From: Heptranchias perlo
Lineage: Eukaryota
Length of the DNA: 64,000 nt
Assembly: GCF_035084215.1 (NCBI RefSeq)
Contig: NC_090366.1
Span: 13,640,001-13,704,000, forward strand
Direction of reading: 5' to 3'
This document shows positions 1-13,736 of the stretch, in pieces. The translations under genes and the position numbers were made by a program. Within the stretch, counting starts at the first letter, position 1, and every line of letters starts with the position of its first letter. The notes under the pieces are model-generated. The model was not told the origin of the DNA. It made no database searches and saw only the letters and a program-made list of their open reading frames with translations.

Positions 1-304
1 CAAGGCCTTGACATCCTTCCGAAAGTGCGGTGCCCAGAATTGGACACAATACTGGGGCCGAACCAGGGATTTATAAAGAGTTTAGCGTGACTTCCTTGTT
101 TTTGGACTCTCGGCCTCTATTTATAAAGCCCCTGGAGCCGGTATGATTTTCCCATCTTCTCATCAATTCTGACCCTTGGGCTTCTCGGAAGGAAATGACT
201 GTTCCTGGCGCAGTTGCCGAGGGCAACGTTTTGGAAAGGTTTTGCATTCCGCACGTTGATATCTCCCAACCTGTTCCAGCGCAGTGACCGAGACAAAAGG
301 CAGC

Positions 305-1945
305 GGGCGCTAAATTGGGCCGCGTAGCGCCCGTTGTTTCGGCGCTACACGGCCTCTCCGACATCCAAGATGGCGTCTTGGCTGCGCACGCACGTTTCCA
401 GCATGACGGGCGCCGGACGCCATCTTGGTGTAGGAGTTAGCCCGGGCGCAGATAACGAATCATGTAAAGTCGGGAGAAAATGGCTTCAATCAGCGTGCAA
501 CGCTGATTTAAAGTGATAGACACCATTTTGGGACTTAACGCTTAACTCAATGCAGGGTCTTAACCCCAATCATCTGAACGTGTCTTCAAGCATCTGGAGG
601 ACCCCCCACCAGTGCTATTTAAAGGGACCAGGCAGGATTTACAGGTTAGTGGCTGGCTGCCCAGACATTTGTACCTGTTTTTGGAGGCCTCCTGTACTTG
701 AATACCAGGACATGGGGACATAGCCAAACATTTAGAGCCAGGACGTGCAGGAGTGAAGTTCAGAAATGCTTCTACACGCAAAGGGTGGGAGAAGTTTGGG
801 AAGCTCTTCTGCAAATGACAGTTGATGCTAGCTCACTTGTGAATGTTAAATCTGAGATTGATAGATTTCTGTGAGTCTGCTAGACATGGAGTTAGGTCAC
901 AGGTCAACCATGATCTCATTAAATGGTGGAACAGGCTCGAGGGGCTGAACGCCACTGCCACTTGCTGCCTCCTGATATGCACCACCCTCTTCTGCAAGAA
1001 AGCGGGATGTTTGCCTGGGTGATGTGCCTGTCATGGTTGAATAGCTGCCAGTGTGTGTGTGACCTGTGAGTTGTGGGTGGGCTGCTCGCAACAGCGGTAA
1101 TGTGTGAGGGAGAGAGGAGGCATCTGATTGGAAGAGTTGAGTTCTGATTGAAAGGGTTTGTTGGTATGTGGGTGATGGGGGGTGCAGTGTGTGGAGCAGT
1201 GGATGCGGCTGGTGGTGTGGTTGGTCGGAGATGCCACTTGACAGTTGACCTCACTCACCTTGACCACTCTTGTCAAAGCATTGAACTTCTTCCTGCACTG
1301 AATCCCTGTTCTTGGCGCTATGCGCCTGGCATTGACTTTGTCCCCCGCTGCCTCCCACTGCCCTTTGGCCATATGTCTGGAGGGCCTCTTGCCCCCCCAC
1401 CCACCCTGCGGATATAGGATGTCCCTCCTTCTGTCCACCTCTTGCACCAAGGCCTCCAGTGCATCAGCAGAGAACCCTGGTGCATGCTCTCTCGCAGGCC
1501 TGGTACCAACTCAGATCAGCTGATTGGTGAGGTCTGGCATGCAGATTGGAGGATGTGGGATTTAGTGGTGTGCAACCTTTATTCAATGTTTTAACATAAC
1601 TCATCAGTGTGTAAACATAGGGACGGGACCTGCATCTGTGTTTTACGTGTGCACTATCTGATCTCCTTGCAGACAGCAGACTGTTATTTTCAGCAAATAA
1701 CAGGCACTGGCTACCTTTAAGAGATTTGAAGAGACATCCTCCCTTTAAGAGATTGGGGCTCCCCCTGCTGGTGGAAAGTGCGAATTGAATCGAATCGACG
1801 TGCAAGGATTTCAACGCAGCTTGACACTGAGAGGACTGAGGCCGGACAATGTTCTCATCCTCCCTGAGCAGGGACCATTGGGCATGGTTTAATAACGCAT
1901 CACGCTACCCGCGCCCAATAATAGGCCCAATCGAATATCCCCCCC
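305..1945 (-). mobile_element. PIF/Harbinger-like DNA transposon remnant with Myb/SANT-like exon
   Basis: Minus-strand frame ...FSADALEALVQEVDRRRDILYP...QWEAAGDKVNARRIAPRTGIQCRKKFNALTRVVK resembles the Harbinger/NAIF1-type Myb-like DNA-binding domain; GC-rich sub-terminal hairpins at ~318-430. Boundaries approximate. Confidence 0.65.
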
Positions 1946-1968
1946 GCCCCCACAACACTGAGTCTTAC

Positions 1969-2681
1969 CTAGCACCTGTAACTGGACAGGGCTCGTGAAA
2001 GTATATTCGTCATAGCCCTCCAAAGTCAGATAGAAGTAATAGACATCACTGTCGTCCGGTCTGAGATTATTGATCCTCAAGGAGCAATCCTTCTGCTCCA
2101 GGTTCCCAACTATTTCAGCTCGTCCCAAGAATGTGGCCATCGCATATGTGGGATCTTTGGTGTAGTAGACTGTGTATTTCCAATAATGCCAGTACTTAAA
2201 CCAGGCTCCGTGGATGGCCGTATAAGGGTGCGAAGGATAGTCAAAAGTACAGGGTATCACCACGCAAGATCTGCTCACTGCTGTCCTTGGCAGAGCTCGA
2301 ATGGACCATTCCCCGGACAGTACGCCTGAAAAGAAACAGGGAGTGTGGGGGAGGGGGGAAGAAATGAAAGAAACAGAGCTCGGCAAACAGCGTCAAATCT
2401 AGTCATTGAAAGCAAGCTTTACGGTGTTCCGTTCTACCCGGTTGTTTGCGAATTGGCCGCACATATTATCCACATGGCCATGCCCAAACCAATCCCACCC
2501 CCCAGAGTCTCTTGAAATCTGGTCGCTCAACAATTGACCATCAAATATGTTTCCTTTCATTACCCGGTTGCTCTCCCAATTCGGGGCTCTCGATAAAACC
2601 AATTTCCTGACCTCGTCTTAGCAAGTAAATTGTACCTGGTAACAAGCCGAGGAAGATCGACAGCGTTCCGAGGGTCTCCAT
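1969..2681 (-). CDS. MAG/CD22-like Siglec-family Ig receptor, left copy, partial (leader + V-set; remainder expected left of window)
   Basis: Leader 2681-2636, V-set 2325-1969; V-set protein identical to the right copy. Confidence 0.85.
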
Positions 2682-3329
2682 CTTCACTTCCTCTCCTAAA
2701 AGTAAAAATAAAAATGTGGGATCACTTTCGCAGCCCCTTGACCCACCGGTCAGCCCACAACCAACAACAGAGAGTACACTTCAGGTAGAAAAAACAGCCC
2801 ACGATCCCCAAGCCATGGAAGGAGATATTGGGAAGGGTACGGAGCAACATTGGATCAGGAGGAGGCCATTCATCCCTTTGAACCTGTTCCATCATTAAAT
2901 CACACCAGGGCTGATCTGTATTTCAACTCCATTTATCTGCCTTGGTTCTGTAACTCTTAATTCCCTAGCCTAACAAAAATAGTTTTTGGAGGCCCAAACC
3001 AACAAACAGCAAACAAAAAATGAATTGGTCTTTCTCCCCATTTGCTGGTTTGTGGGATCTTGCTGTGCACCAAATTGGCAGCGGAAGAGTGGCTGCTCTT
3101 CAAGAGTAATTCATTGGCTGTAAAGGGATTTGGGATGTCCTGAGATGTTTTTAATGCAGGTAACGAAAGTCTCGCGGAATTAAGACACGTCCCAATTATT
3201 GGCCAACTTGGTCCTTCTTAGCCGTCATATCTTTACTCCGCTGGGCTCCCATTGGCCCAGTCAAAGCCGAATCACATGCGACAGGTTTGTCCTTAAAGCA
3301 AGTTGACCAGATTCCAAACTGGTTGCCCA

Positions 3330-3765
3330 AGGAAGGAAGGACTTGCATTTTTATAGCGCCTTTCACCACCTCAGGACGTCCCAACATGCTTTACAGACAA
3401 TGAAGTGCTTTTTGAAGTGTGGTCACTGTTGTAATGTCGGAAACGTGGCAGCCAATTTGCGCACAGCAAGATCCCACAAACAGCAATGAGATAATGACCA
3501 GATTAATCTGTTTTTTAGTGACGTTGATTGAGGGATAAATATTGGCCCCTGGACACCGGGGAGAACTCCCCCTGCTCTTCTTCGAAAATAGTGGCCGTGG
3601 GATCTTTTACGGCCACCTGAGAGGGGCAGACGGGGCCTCGCTTTAATGTCTCATCCGAAAGACGGCACCTCCGGCAGTGCAGCACTCCCTCAGTACTGGC
3701 ACCGTGGATTATGGGCTCAAGTCTCAGGAGTTGGGCTCGAACCCACGCCCTTCTGACTCAGAGAC
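3330..3765 (-). mobile_element. Deu-domain tRNA-derived SINE (SacSINE1/AmnSINE1-like)
   Basis: Reverse complement of the core gcactg.cggaggtgccgtctttcggatgagac.ttaaa.cgaggccccgtctgcc, B-box-like gggttcgagccc head and aaatgcaagt tail. Mirror at ~56040-56475. Confidence 0.75.
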
Positions 3766-4864
3766 TCCGTGTAGGCACCTTGTGATATCTGTGCTGTGAA
3801 ATGGTGGTGAACCATTTCTGTTTTTACCCCATTACACAAAAGGTCTAATTGTTCAACTCAAAGCTGAGGGGATTGAGGGTAAACCCCGGGGAACGGGTAA
3901 GAAACTGGCCAAAGAGTAGGAATCAAGGAATATCGGTTGGAGGAGATGTGACGAAGTGGGGAGAAGTTCTGAGTATTGGCGTAGGGGCCTTGCTGCACAA
4001 ATGCCCCTACGACCCTCCGAGATCTCCGCGCTCCTCCAATTCTGGTCTCTTGCGCATCTCCCCCAATTTCCATTGCCCCGCCATTGGCTGCGCCGTGCCT
4101 TCATCTGCGTGGGCTCCAAGCTCTGGAACCCCCTCCCTAAATTTCTCCGCCTCTCTCTCCTCCTTTAGGCAAGGAGTCAATTGAAAATTGCAAAAACTGA
4201 GATTGAAAGATACTCGTTGGTCAGGAGTTTTACGGAACCAAGGCGGGGAATGGAGTTAAGATACAGATCAACCATGATCTAATTGGATGGCGGAACAGAC
4301 TCGAGGGGCTGAATGGCCTCCTCCTGTTCCTACAATCGACCAGGGAATGGAAAAAGGAAATCTGGAAGCTTAATTTAAATTGAATTGTTTGAGAAGGACA
4401 AAGAGACACAGGGTCAAACTAGTAACAGATAAATTTAGAACGATGCCAAGAAATTCTTTACACAGGGAATGGACTGGGCGTCCTCCTCAATGTGGTAAAA
4501 ATTGTGGAAGTGACTGGATTTGCCTTTCTGATCCATGACAATCTTGTGATCCTGTATTTACTGCGCAGAATTGAGAGCTGAGCAGCGAAGATAGCATTTT
4601 CACTGATAATGGATTAATTGCTCGGTGAATTACCGAGACCCCCTTCGCACAGTCACACAGATTTGCACACTCACTCACACTCACTCGCACACAGACACAC
4701 ACTGACCCACGCTCACTCACACACACACTTTCACACACACACACACACATTCACTCGCACAAATGTACACACATGCATACGCACACACACTCACACACTG
4801 ACCCACACACAGACACAGACACACACACTCATTCACACACACTGACCCACACACACTTACTCTC

Positions 4865-7800
4865 ATAAGAACATAAGAAATAGCAGCAGGAGTAGGCCAT
4901 TCGGCCCCTCGAGCCTGCTCCGCCATTCAATCAGATCATGGCTGATCTTCGACCTCAACTCCATTTTCCTGCACTATCCCCATATCCCTTGACGCCTTTA
5001 ATATCTAGAAATCTATCGATCTCTGCCTTGAATGCACTCAATGACTGAGCCTCCACAGCCCTCCGGGGTAGAGAATTCCAAAGATTCACCACCCTCTGAG
5101 TGAAGAAATTTCTCCTCCTCTCAGTCCTAAATGGCCGACTCCTTATTCTGAGACTGTGACCCCTGGTTCTAGACTCCCCAGCCAGGGGAAACATCCTCCC
5201 TGCATCTACCCTGTCGAGCCCTGTAAGAATTCTGTATGTTTCAATGAGATCACCCCTCATTCTTCTAATCTCTAGAGAATACAGGCCTAGTCTACTCAAT
5301 CTCTCCTCATACGACAATCCCACCATCCCAGGAATCAGTCTGGTGAACCTTTGTTGCACTCCCTCTACGGCAAGTATATTCTTTCTTAGGTAAGGAGAGC
5401 AAAATTGTACACAATACTCCAGGTGCGGTCTCACCAAGGCCCCATATAATTGCAGTAAGACATCTTTACTCCTGTACTCAAATCCTCTTGTAACAAAGGC
5501 CAACATAACATTTACCTTCCGAATTGCTTGTTGCATCATGTGACTCATGTACAAGGACACCCAGGTCCCTTTGAACATCAACATTTCCCAATCTCTCACC
5601 ATTTAAAAAATACTCTGCATTTCTGTTTTTCCCACCAAAGTGGATAACTTCATATTTTTCTACATTATATTCCATCTGCCATGTTCTTGCCCACTCACTT
5701 AGCCTGTCTATATCCCCTTGAAGTCTCTTTGCATCCTCCTCACAACTCACATTCCCACCCAGTTTTGTGTCATCAGCAAAGTTGGAAATATTACATTTGG
5801 TCCCCTCATCCAAATCATTGATATAGATTGTGACTAGCTGGGGCCCAAGCACTGATCCCTGTGGTACCCCACTAGTCACAGTCTGCCAACCTGAAAAAGA
5901 CCCGTTTATTCCTACTCTCTGTTTTCTGTCTGTTAACCAATTCTCAATCCATGCCAGTATATTACCTCCAATTCCTTGTGCTCTAACTTGGTTCTGTGTG
6001 GAACCTTATCAAAAGCCTTCTGAAAATCCAAATACACCACATCCACTGGTTCCCCCTTATCTATTCTACTCGTTACATCCAACAGGTTTGTCAAACATGA
6101 TTTCCCTTTCATAAATCCATGTCAACTCTGCCAAATCCTATTATGATTTTCTAAGTGTCCTGTTATCACATCCTTTATAATAGATTCGAGCATTTTCCCT
6201 ACTACTGATGTTAGGTTAACCGGTCTGCAGTTCCCTGTTTTCTCTCTCCCTCCTTTCTTAAATAGTGGGGTTACATTTGCCACCCTCCAGTCTGCAGGAA
6301 CCGTTCCAGAATCTATAGAATTTTGGAAGATGACAACCAATGCATCCACTATCTCTATAGCCACCTCTTACAAAACCCTGGGATTTATCGACTTTCAGTC
6401 CCATTCATTTCTCTGGTACTATTTTTTTTAATAATACTAATTTCCTTCAGTTCCTCATTCTCACCAGACCCTCGGTTCTCTAGTATTTCTGGGAGGTTTT
6501 TTGTGTCTTTTTCCGTGAAGACAGACACAAAATATTTGTTTAATTTCTCTGCCATTTCCCGATTCCCCATTATAAATTCTCCCCTCTCTGTTTGTAAGTG
6601 ACCCACATTTGCCTTCGGTCTTTTCCTTTTTACATACCTAAAGAAGCTTTTGCAGTGCGTTTTTATGTCTCTCACTGGTTTACTCTCATATTCTATTTTC
6701 CCTCTTTATCAATTTCTTGGCCCTCCTTTGCTGAATTCTAAAATGCTCCCAATCCTCAGGCTCACTGCTTTTTCTGGCAACTTTATCTGCCTCTTCCTTT
6801 GATTTAATACGATCTTTAATTTCTCTTGTTAGCCACGGTTGGACCAGTTTTCCTGTTGGGTTTTTGTGCCTTAAAGGAATATAGATTTGTTGCAAATTAC
6901 GTGTTAATTCTTTAAATGCCAGCCATTGCCTGTCCACCGTCATACCTTTCAATGCAGTTCCCCAGTCAACCACAGCCGACTTGCGCCTCATACCTTCGTA
7001 GTTTCCTTTGTTTAGATTTAAGACCCTAGTTTCGGATTGAACTACATCATTTTCAGACTTAATGAAGAATTCTATCATATTATGGTCACTCTTCCCTAAG
7101 GGCTCCTTTACAACAAGATTATTAATTAACCCTTTCTCATTGCACAATAAAATAGCCTGTTCCCTAGTTGGTTCCTCAACATACTGATCTAGAAAACCAT
7201 CTCATACACATTCCAGGAATTTGTCCTCCACATGATGAGTGCTAATTTGGTTTGCCCAATCTATATATAGATTAAAGTCCCCCAAGATTACTGTATTTCC
7301 CTTGTTATATGCACTTCTAATTTCCTGCTTTATGCCGTGCCCTACGTTACCACTACTGATTAGTGGCCAATAAACAACTCCCACCAATGTTTTCTGCCCC
7401 TTGCTGTTTCTTAGCTCCACCCAGACTGATTCTGCATCTTGATCTTCTGAGCCAAGACCCTTTCTCACTATTGAACTGATCTCATCCTTTATTAACAGCA
7501 CTACCCCACCTCCTTTTCCTTTTTGCCTGTCCTTCCTAAACCTCGAATATCCCTGAATATTCAGTTCCCAGACTTGGTCACCCTGCAGCCACGTCTCCGT
7601 AATGGCAATTACATCAGACCCATTCACTTCTATTTATGCCGTTAATTCATCGACCTTGTTGTGAACGCTGTGAGCATTCAGATAAAGTGCCTTTAATTTT
7701 GCCTTTTTAACATTTTTTCCTATTTTGACCTTATTTGCTGCTGGCCTTTGTTTCCGCAGCCTTCCAATTTCACTTACTACTTTTCTGCCTTCCACTTCCA

Positions 7801-8130
7801 GCTTTGTTACTCTCCCTTCTGAATCTCCTCTCAGGTTCCCATCTCCCTGCCGAGTTAGTTTAAACCCTCCCCCACAGCACCAGCAAACCTCCCCGCGAGG
7901 ATTTCAGTCCCGGTCCTGTTGAGGTGCAACCCGTCCGGCTTGTACAGGTCCCACCTCCCCCAGAACCGGTCCCAATGCCCCAGGAATCTAAAGCCCTCCC
8001 TCCTGCACCATCTCTCCAGCCACGCATTCATCTGCTCCATCCTCCGATTTCTATACCCGCTAGTGCGCGGGAGGTAATCCGGAGATTACTACTCTCGAGG
8101 TCCTGCTTGTTGATCTCTTTCCGATCTCCT
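4865..8130 (-). mobile_element. Degenerate CR1 LINE (ORF1 esterase fragment, ORF2 endonuclease and RT fragments)
   Basis: Frameshifted pieces DGLHLN (SGNH-like), IAITETWL/GDFN/SDHN (APE), GVPQGSVLGP/FADDTK (RT), RPHLEYC; 3' tail cctactcctgctgctatttcttatgttcttatg. Confidence 0.92.
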
Positions 8131-8711
8131 AAAAATCTGCCTGCAGGACCTCGCCCCTCACTCTCACACACGCACACTCGCTCTCACACTCGCACACTCA
8201 CACGTACGCACACACACAAACACACACGCAAATATATTCAAGGAAATGGAATATTACCTAAGGATGAAAAGAGCCTGGTTCTACTGACATAAGACTTACC
8301 CTGGGTTGAATCGTATCGGGGGATCAGTTTGTTATGTTGCAAATCTGGAACTGTTGAGTCGAACAGGCTCACCAGTTATTAGCTTTCACTTTCTATTGCG
8401 TTGTGTAAGAGGTGATAAGTGCCTCTTATGAAAGAGTGAGCTGGAGATCAGGGTGAACTCAGACAATCTGTGTTTGGGGGATGTTATCAGTCCTCCCGGT
8501 CGGATGGTTTCTGACGTAATGCACCCATGGCCTTACTTGGCGCAGTTGATGCCAAGTTGTTTGAAATTTTTTAAAGCTGTTGTGTCTTATTATGAACTAA
8601 TTCTGACCGACCAGGGCACAGGAACAGAGAGCAAACCCACCGAGAGTCATTTACTGGGAGTAACAATCATCCCTCATGGGTCAAACTCCGCTGTATGTTC
8701 ACGGAAATCAG

Positions 8712-11700
8712 GAGTCTCGGCGCTGTGCGTTCTCTGAACTCGGGAGTCTCGGCGCTGTGCGTTCCCTGAAGTCGGGAGTCTCGGTGCTGTGCGTTCCCTG
8801 AACACGGGAGTCTCGGCGCTGTGCGTTCCCTGAACTCGGGAGTCTCGGTGCTGTGCGTTCCCTGAACACGGGAGTCTCGGCGCTGTGCGTTCCCTGAAGT
8901 CGGGAGTCTCGGTGCTGTGCGTTCCCTGAACACGGGAGTCTCGGCGCTGTGCGTTCTCTGAACTCGGGAGTCTCGGTGCTGTGCGTTCCCTGAACACGGG
9001 AGTCTCGGCGCTGTGCGTTCCCTGAACTCGGGAGTCTCGGCGCTGTGCGTTCCCTGAACTTGGGAGTGTCGGCGCTGTGCGTTCCCTGAACTCGGGAGTG
9101 TCGGCGCTGTGCGTTCTCTGAACTCGGGAGTGTCGGCGCTGTGCGTTCCCTGAACTCGGGAGTCTCGGCGCTGTGCGTTCCCTGAACTCGGGAGTCTCGG
9201 CGCTGTGCGTTCCCTGAACTCGGGAGTGTCGGCGCTGTGCGTTCCCTGAACTCGGGAGTGTCGGCGCTGTGCGTTCTCTGAACTCGGGAGTCTCGGCGCT
9301 GTGCGTTCCCTGAACTCGGGAGTCTCGGCGCTGTGCGTTCCCTGAACTCGGGAGTCTCGGCGCTGTGCGTTCCCTGAACTCGGGAGTCTCGGCGCTGTGC
9401 GTTCCCTGAACCCGGGAGTCTCGGCGCTGTGCGTTCCCTGAACTCGGGAGTCTCGGCGCTGTGCGCTCCTGATCACGGGAGTGTCGGCGCTGTGCGTTCC
9501 CTGAACTCGGGAGTGTCGGCGCTGTGCGTTCCCTGAACCCGGGAGTGTCGGCACTGTGCGCTCCTGATCACGGGAGTGTCGGCGCTGTGCGTTCTCTGAA
9601 CTCGGGAGTGTCGGCGCTGTGCGTTCCCTGAACTCGGGAGTCTCGGCGCTGTGCGTTCCCTGAACACGGGAGTCTCGGCGCTGTGCGTTCCCTGAACCCG
9701 GGAGTCTCGGCGCTGTGCGTTCCTGATCACGGGAGTGTCGGCGCTGTGCGTTCCCTGAACTCGGGAGTCTCGGCGCTGTGCGTTCCTGATCACGGGAGTG
9801 TCGGCGCTGTGCGTTCCCTGAACTCGGGAGTGTCGGCGCTGTGCGTTCCCTGAACTCGGGAGTGTCGGCGCTGTGCGTTCTCTGAACTCGGGAGTCTCGG
9901 CGCTGTGCGTTCTCTGAACTCGGGAGTCTCGGCGCTGTGCGTTCTCTGAACTCCGGAGTCTCGGCGCTGTGCGTTCCCTGAACTCGGGAGTCTCGGCGCT
10001 GTGCGTTCCCTGAACTCGGGAGTGTCGGCGCTGTGCGTTCCCTGAACCCGGGAGTGTCGGCACTGTGCGTTCCCTGAACTCGGGAGTCTCGGCGCTGTGC
10101 GTTCTCTGAATTCGGGAGTGTCGGCGCTGTGCGTTCCCTGAACTCGGGAGTCTCGGCGCTGTGCGTTCTCTGAATTCGGGAGTCTCGGCGCTGTGTGTTC
10201 TCTGAACTCGGGAGTCTCGGCGCTGTGCGTTCTCTGAATTCGGGAGTCTCGGCGCTGTGCGTTCCCTGAACTCCGGAGTCTTGGCGCTGTGCGTTCCCTG
10301 AACTCGGGAGTCTCGGCGCTGTGCGTTCCCTGAACTCCGGAGTCTCGGCGCTGTGCGTTCCCTGAACTCGGGAGTCTCGGCGCTGTGCGTTCTCTGAACT
10401 CGGGAGTGTCGGCGCTGTGCGTTCTCTGAACTCCGGAGTCTCGGCGCTGTGCGTTCCCTGAACTCGGGAGTGTCGTGCTGTGCGTTCCCTGAACTCGGGA
10501 GTCTCGGTGCTGTGCGTTCCCTGAACTCGGGAGTCTCGGCGATGTGCGTTCTCTGAACTCGGGAGTGTCGGCGCTGTGCGTTCTCTGAACTCGGGAGTCT
10601 CGGCGCTGTGCGTTCCCTGAACCCGGGAGTCTCGGCGCTGTGCGTTCCCTGAACTCGGGAGTCTCGGCGCTGTGCGTTCCCTGAACCCGCGAGTCTTGGC
10701 GCTGTGCGTTTCCTGAACCCGGGAGTGTTGGCGCTGTGCGTTCCCTGAACCCGGGAGTGTTGGCGCTGTGCGTTCCCTGAACCTGGGAGTGTTGGCGCTG
10801 TGCGTTCCCTGAACCCGGGAGTGTTGGCGCTATGCGTTCCCTGAACCCGGGAGTGTCGGCGCTGTGCGTTCTCTGAACTCGGGAGTCTCGGTGCTGTGCA
10901 TTCCCTGAACTCGGGAGCCTCGGTGCTGTGCATTCCCTGAACCCGGGAGTGTTGGCGCTGTGCGTTCCCTGAACTCGGGAGTCTCGGCGCTGTGCGTTCC
11001 CTGAACACGGGAGTCTCGGCGCTGTGCGTTCCCTGAACCCGGGAGTCTCGGCGCTGTGCGTTCCTGATCACGGGAGTGTCGGCGCTGTGCGTTCCCTGAA
11101 CTCGGGAGTCTCGGCGCTGTGCGTTCCTGATCACGGGAGTGTCGGCGCTGTGCGTTCCCTGAACTCGGGAGTGTCGGCGCTGTGCGTTCCCTGAACTCGG
11201 GAGTGTCGGCGCTGTGCGTTCTCTGAACTCGGGAGTCTCGGCGCTGTGCGTTCTCTGAACTCGGGAGTCTCGGCGCTGTGCGTTCTCTGAACTCCGGAGT
11301 CTCGGCGCTGTGCGTTCCCTGAACTCGGGAGTCTCGGCGCTGTGCGTTCCCTGAACTCGGGAGTGTCGGCGCTGTGCGTTCCCTGAACCCGGGAGTGTCG
11401 GCACTGTGCGTTCCCTGAACTCGGGAGTCTCGGCGCTGTGCGTTCTCTGAATTCGGGAGTGTCGGCGCTGTGCGTTCCCTGAACTCGGGAGTCTCGGCGC
11501 TGTGCGTTCTCTGAATTCGGGAGTCTCGGCGCTGTGTGTTCTCTGAACTCGGGAGTCTCGGCGCTGTGCGTTCTCTGAATTCGGGAGTCTCGGCGCTGTG
11601 CGTTCCCTGAACTCCGGAGTCTTGGCGCTGTGCGTTCCCTGAACTCGGGAGTCTCGGCGCTGTGCGTTCCCTGAACTCCGGAGTCTCGGCGCTGTGCGTT

Positions 11701-12452
11701 CCCTGAACTCGGGAGTCTCGGCGCTGTGCGTTCTCTGAACTCGGGAGTGTCGGCGCTGTGCGTTCTCTGAACTCCGGAGTCTCGGCGCTGTGCGTTCCCT
11801 GAACTCGGGAGTGTCGTGCTGTGCGTTCCCTGAACTCGGGAGTCTCGGTGCTGTGCGTTCCCTGAACTCGGGAGTCTCGGCGATGTGCGTTCTCTGAACT
11901 CGGGAGTGTCGGCGCTGTGCGTTCTCTGAACTCGGGAGTCTCGGCGCTGTGCGTTCCCTGAACCCGGGAGTCTCGGCGCTGTGCGTTCCCTGAACTCGGG
12001 AGTCTCGGCGCTGTGCGTTCCCTGAACCCGCGAGTCTTGGCGCTGTGCGTTTCCTGAACCCGGGAGTGTTGGCGCTGTGCGTTCCCTGAACCCGGGAGTG
12101 TTGGCGCTGTGCGTTCCCTGAACCTGGGAGTGTTGGCGCTGTGCGTTCCCTGAACCCGGGAGTGTTGGCGCTATGCGTTCCCTGAACCCGGGAGTGTCGG
12201 CGCTGTGCGTTCTCTGAACTCGGGAGTCTCGGTGCTGTGCATTCCCTGAACTCGGGAGCCTCGGTGCTGTGCATTCCCTGAACCCGGGAGTGTTGGCGCT
12301 GTGCGTTCCCTGAACTCGGGAGTCTCGGTGCTGTGCATTCCCTGAACTCGGGAGCCTCGGTGCTGTGCATTCCCTGAACTCGGGAGTGTCGGCGCTGTGC
12401 GTTCTCTGAACTCGGGAGTGTCGTGCTGTGCGTTCCCTGAACTCGGGAGTGT
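8712..12452. repeat. 32-bp CpG-rich minisatellite, about 117 units
   Basis: Unit cgctgtgcgttccctgaactcgggagtctcgg with variants; contains a 1341-bp higher-order duplication. Confidence 0.97.
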
Positions 12453-13553
12453 TAACACCGTTGGATTTCTGAAATCCGTTGTGTTCGCACTGTACGTTGT
12501 CTGAACTCGGTCGCCTGCCGGACAATGACTGAATCAAATTACACATTCCAGAGAACTTGGTTGAATCGTCTCCTCCCACATCCTGTCGGTGGCATTCCAA
12601 GAATATCCTCCTGCCTTTTCCAGTGCCACGAGATGGAGACATTGCAGCCAATATCAGCGGCCCGAAACGCAACCCATGTCTTTGAACCATTAGGAGACCC
12701 ACTGGAACCAGCCTTTTGAAGGTTGACAGCCTGATTACATGCTTACCAAGTACAGTGTAGTAACATGCAGACAGACAGTCTCTCCGTTAACACAGCTACT
12801 GCTCGAGAAACAAGCAAGACATTTCGAAGCTGGCACTCAAAGTGGCTTTACACATGATTTATTCACAACCGTGTTCTTGGAATTAAGATTGCACTCTCTC
12901 CTGCCTGTTTCTCTCTTTCCCTTCCTCTTTCCCTGTCTCATTCATCCTCTCCCTTCTCCTCTCATGCCCTCCCTCTCATCCTCTCTCTCTCTCTCCCCCC
13001 CTCTTTCACCAGTGTCTCACATTCCCCCTTTCCTCTGGTCTCCTGAGACTGTGACAGTGAACATTACTTAGAGTGAGTGGGTGTGAGTGGAGGAAAGTGA
13101 GAGAAGGACAGTGAGTGTGTAAATCAGAGTGTGCGAGAGAGATTAAGGATAATGAGAGTGAGTGAGTGTGTGTTAGAGTGTGAGAGAAGGACAGTGAGTG
13201 TGTGAATCAGAGTGCGAGAGGGATTAATGATGATGAGAGTGAGTGAGTGTGTGTTAGAGTGTGAGAGAAGGATAGTGAATGTATGAATCAGAGTGCGAGA
13301 GGGATTAAGGATAATGGTGCATGGGTGGGTGTGAGAGTGTGAGAGAAGATTTGTGAAACCTGAGAGGGTCTCTTCTTAATCTCATCCAAAAGACGGCACC
13401 TCTGACAGTGCGGCACTCCCTCGGTACTGGGAGTGTCGGCCTGGATTATGGGCTCAAGTTTGTGGAGTGGGGACTTCAAATCTCTGGATTAATGTCACAG
13501 CGCCAGGACACAAAGGGTTAACAGCTTGCTTAAAACAAAAGACAAAGGTCCTT

Positions 13554-13733
13554 CATTTGTGCAAAGTGCTATTTTCTCACTTGTTTCTCACTTCCTCATC
13601 TGACTCACAGTGACAGACCAACCATTTCTAATTAAATACACAGAGTCACAACACAGGAAAAGGACATTCAGCCCAAGCAGTGCGTGCTGGCATTTATTCT
13701 CCACACGAGCAGTCGGACAGGTCCTGGGTAAGT
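13554..13733 (+). promoter_or_regulatory. Putative myeloid-type promoter and non-coding first exon of the B genes
   Basis: Clustered ttgtgcaa (C/EBP-like), cacttcctc (ETS/PU.1-like, ~13589-13597), tgactca (AP-1, 13601-13607), then strong donor tgg|gtaagt at 13727; acceptor 14354 precedes the ATG. Conserved in B2 and B3. Motif-only inference. Confidence 0.5.
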
Positions 13734-13736
13734 AAA

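Noticed and set aside
8667-12702. Long repetitive ORFs of 965, 523 and 295 aa (and mirror 49651-50783)
   Set aside because: By-product of a 32-bp unit with no stop on that strand; overlapping frames give the same 32-aa cycle, lengths differ between arms and no exon context is evident.
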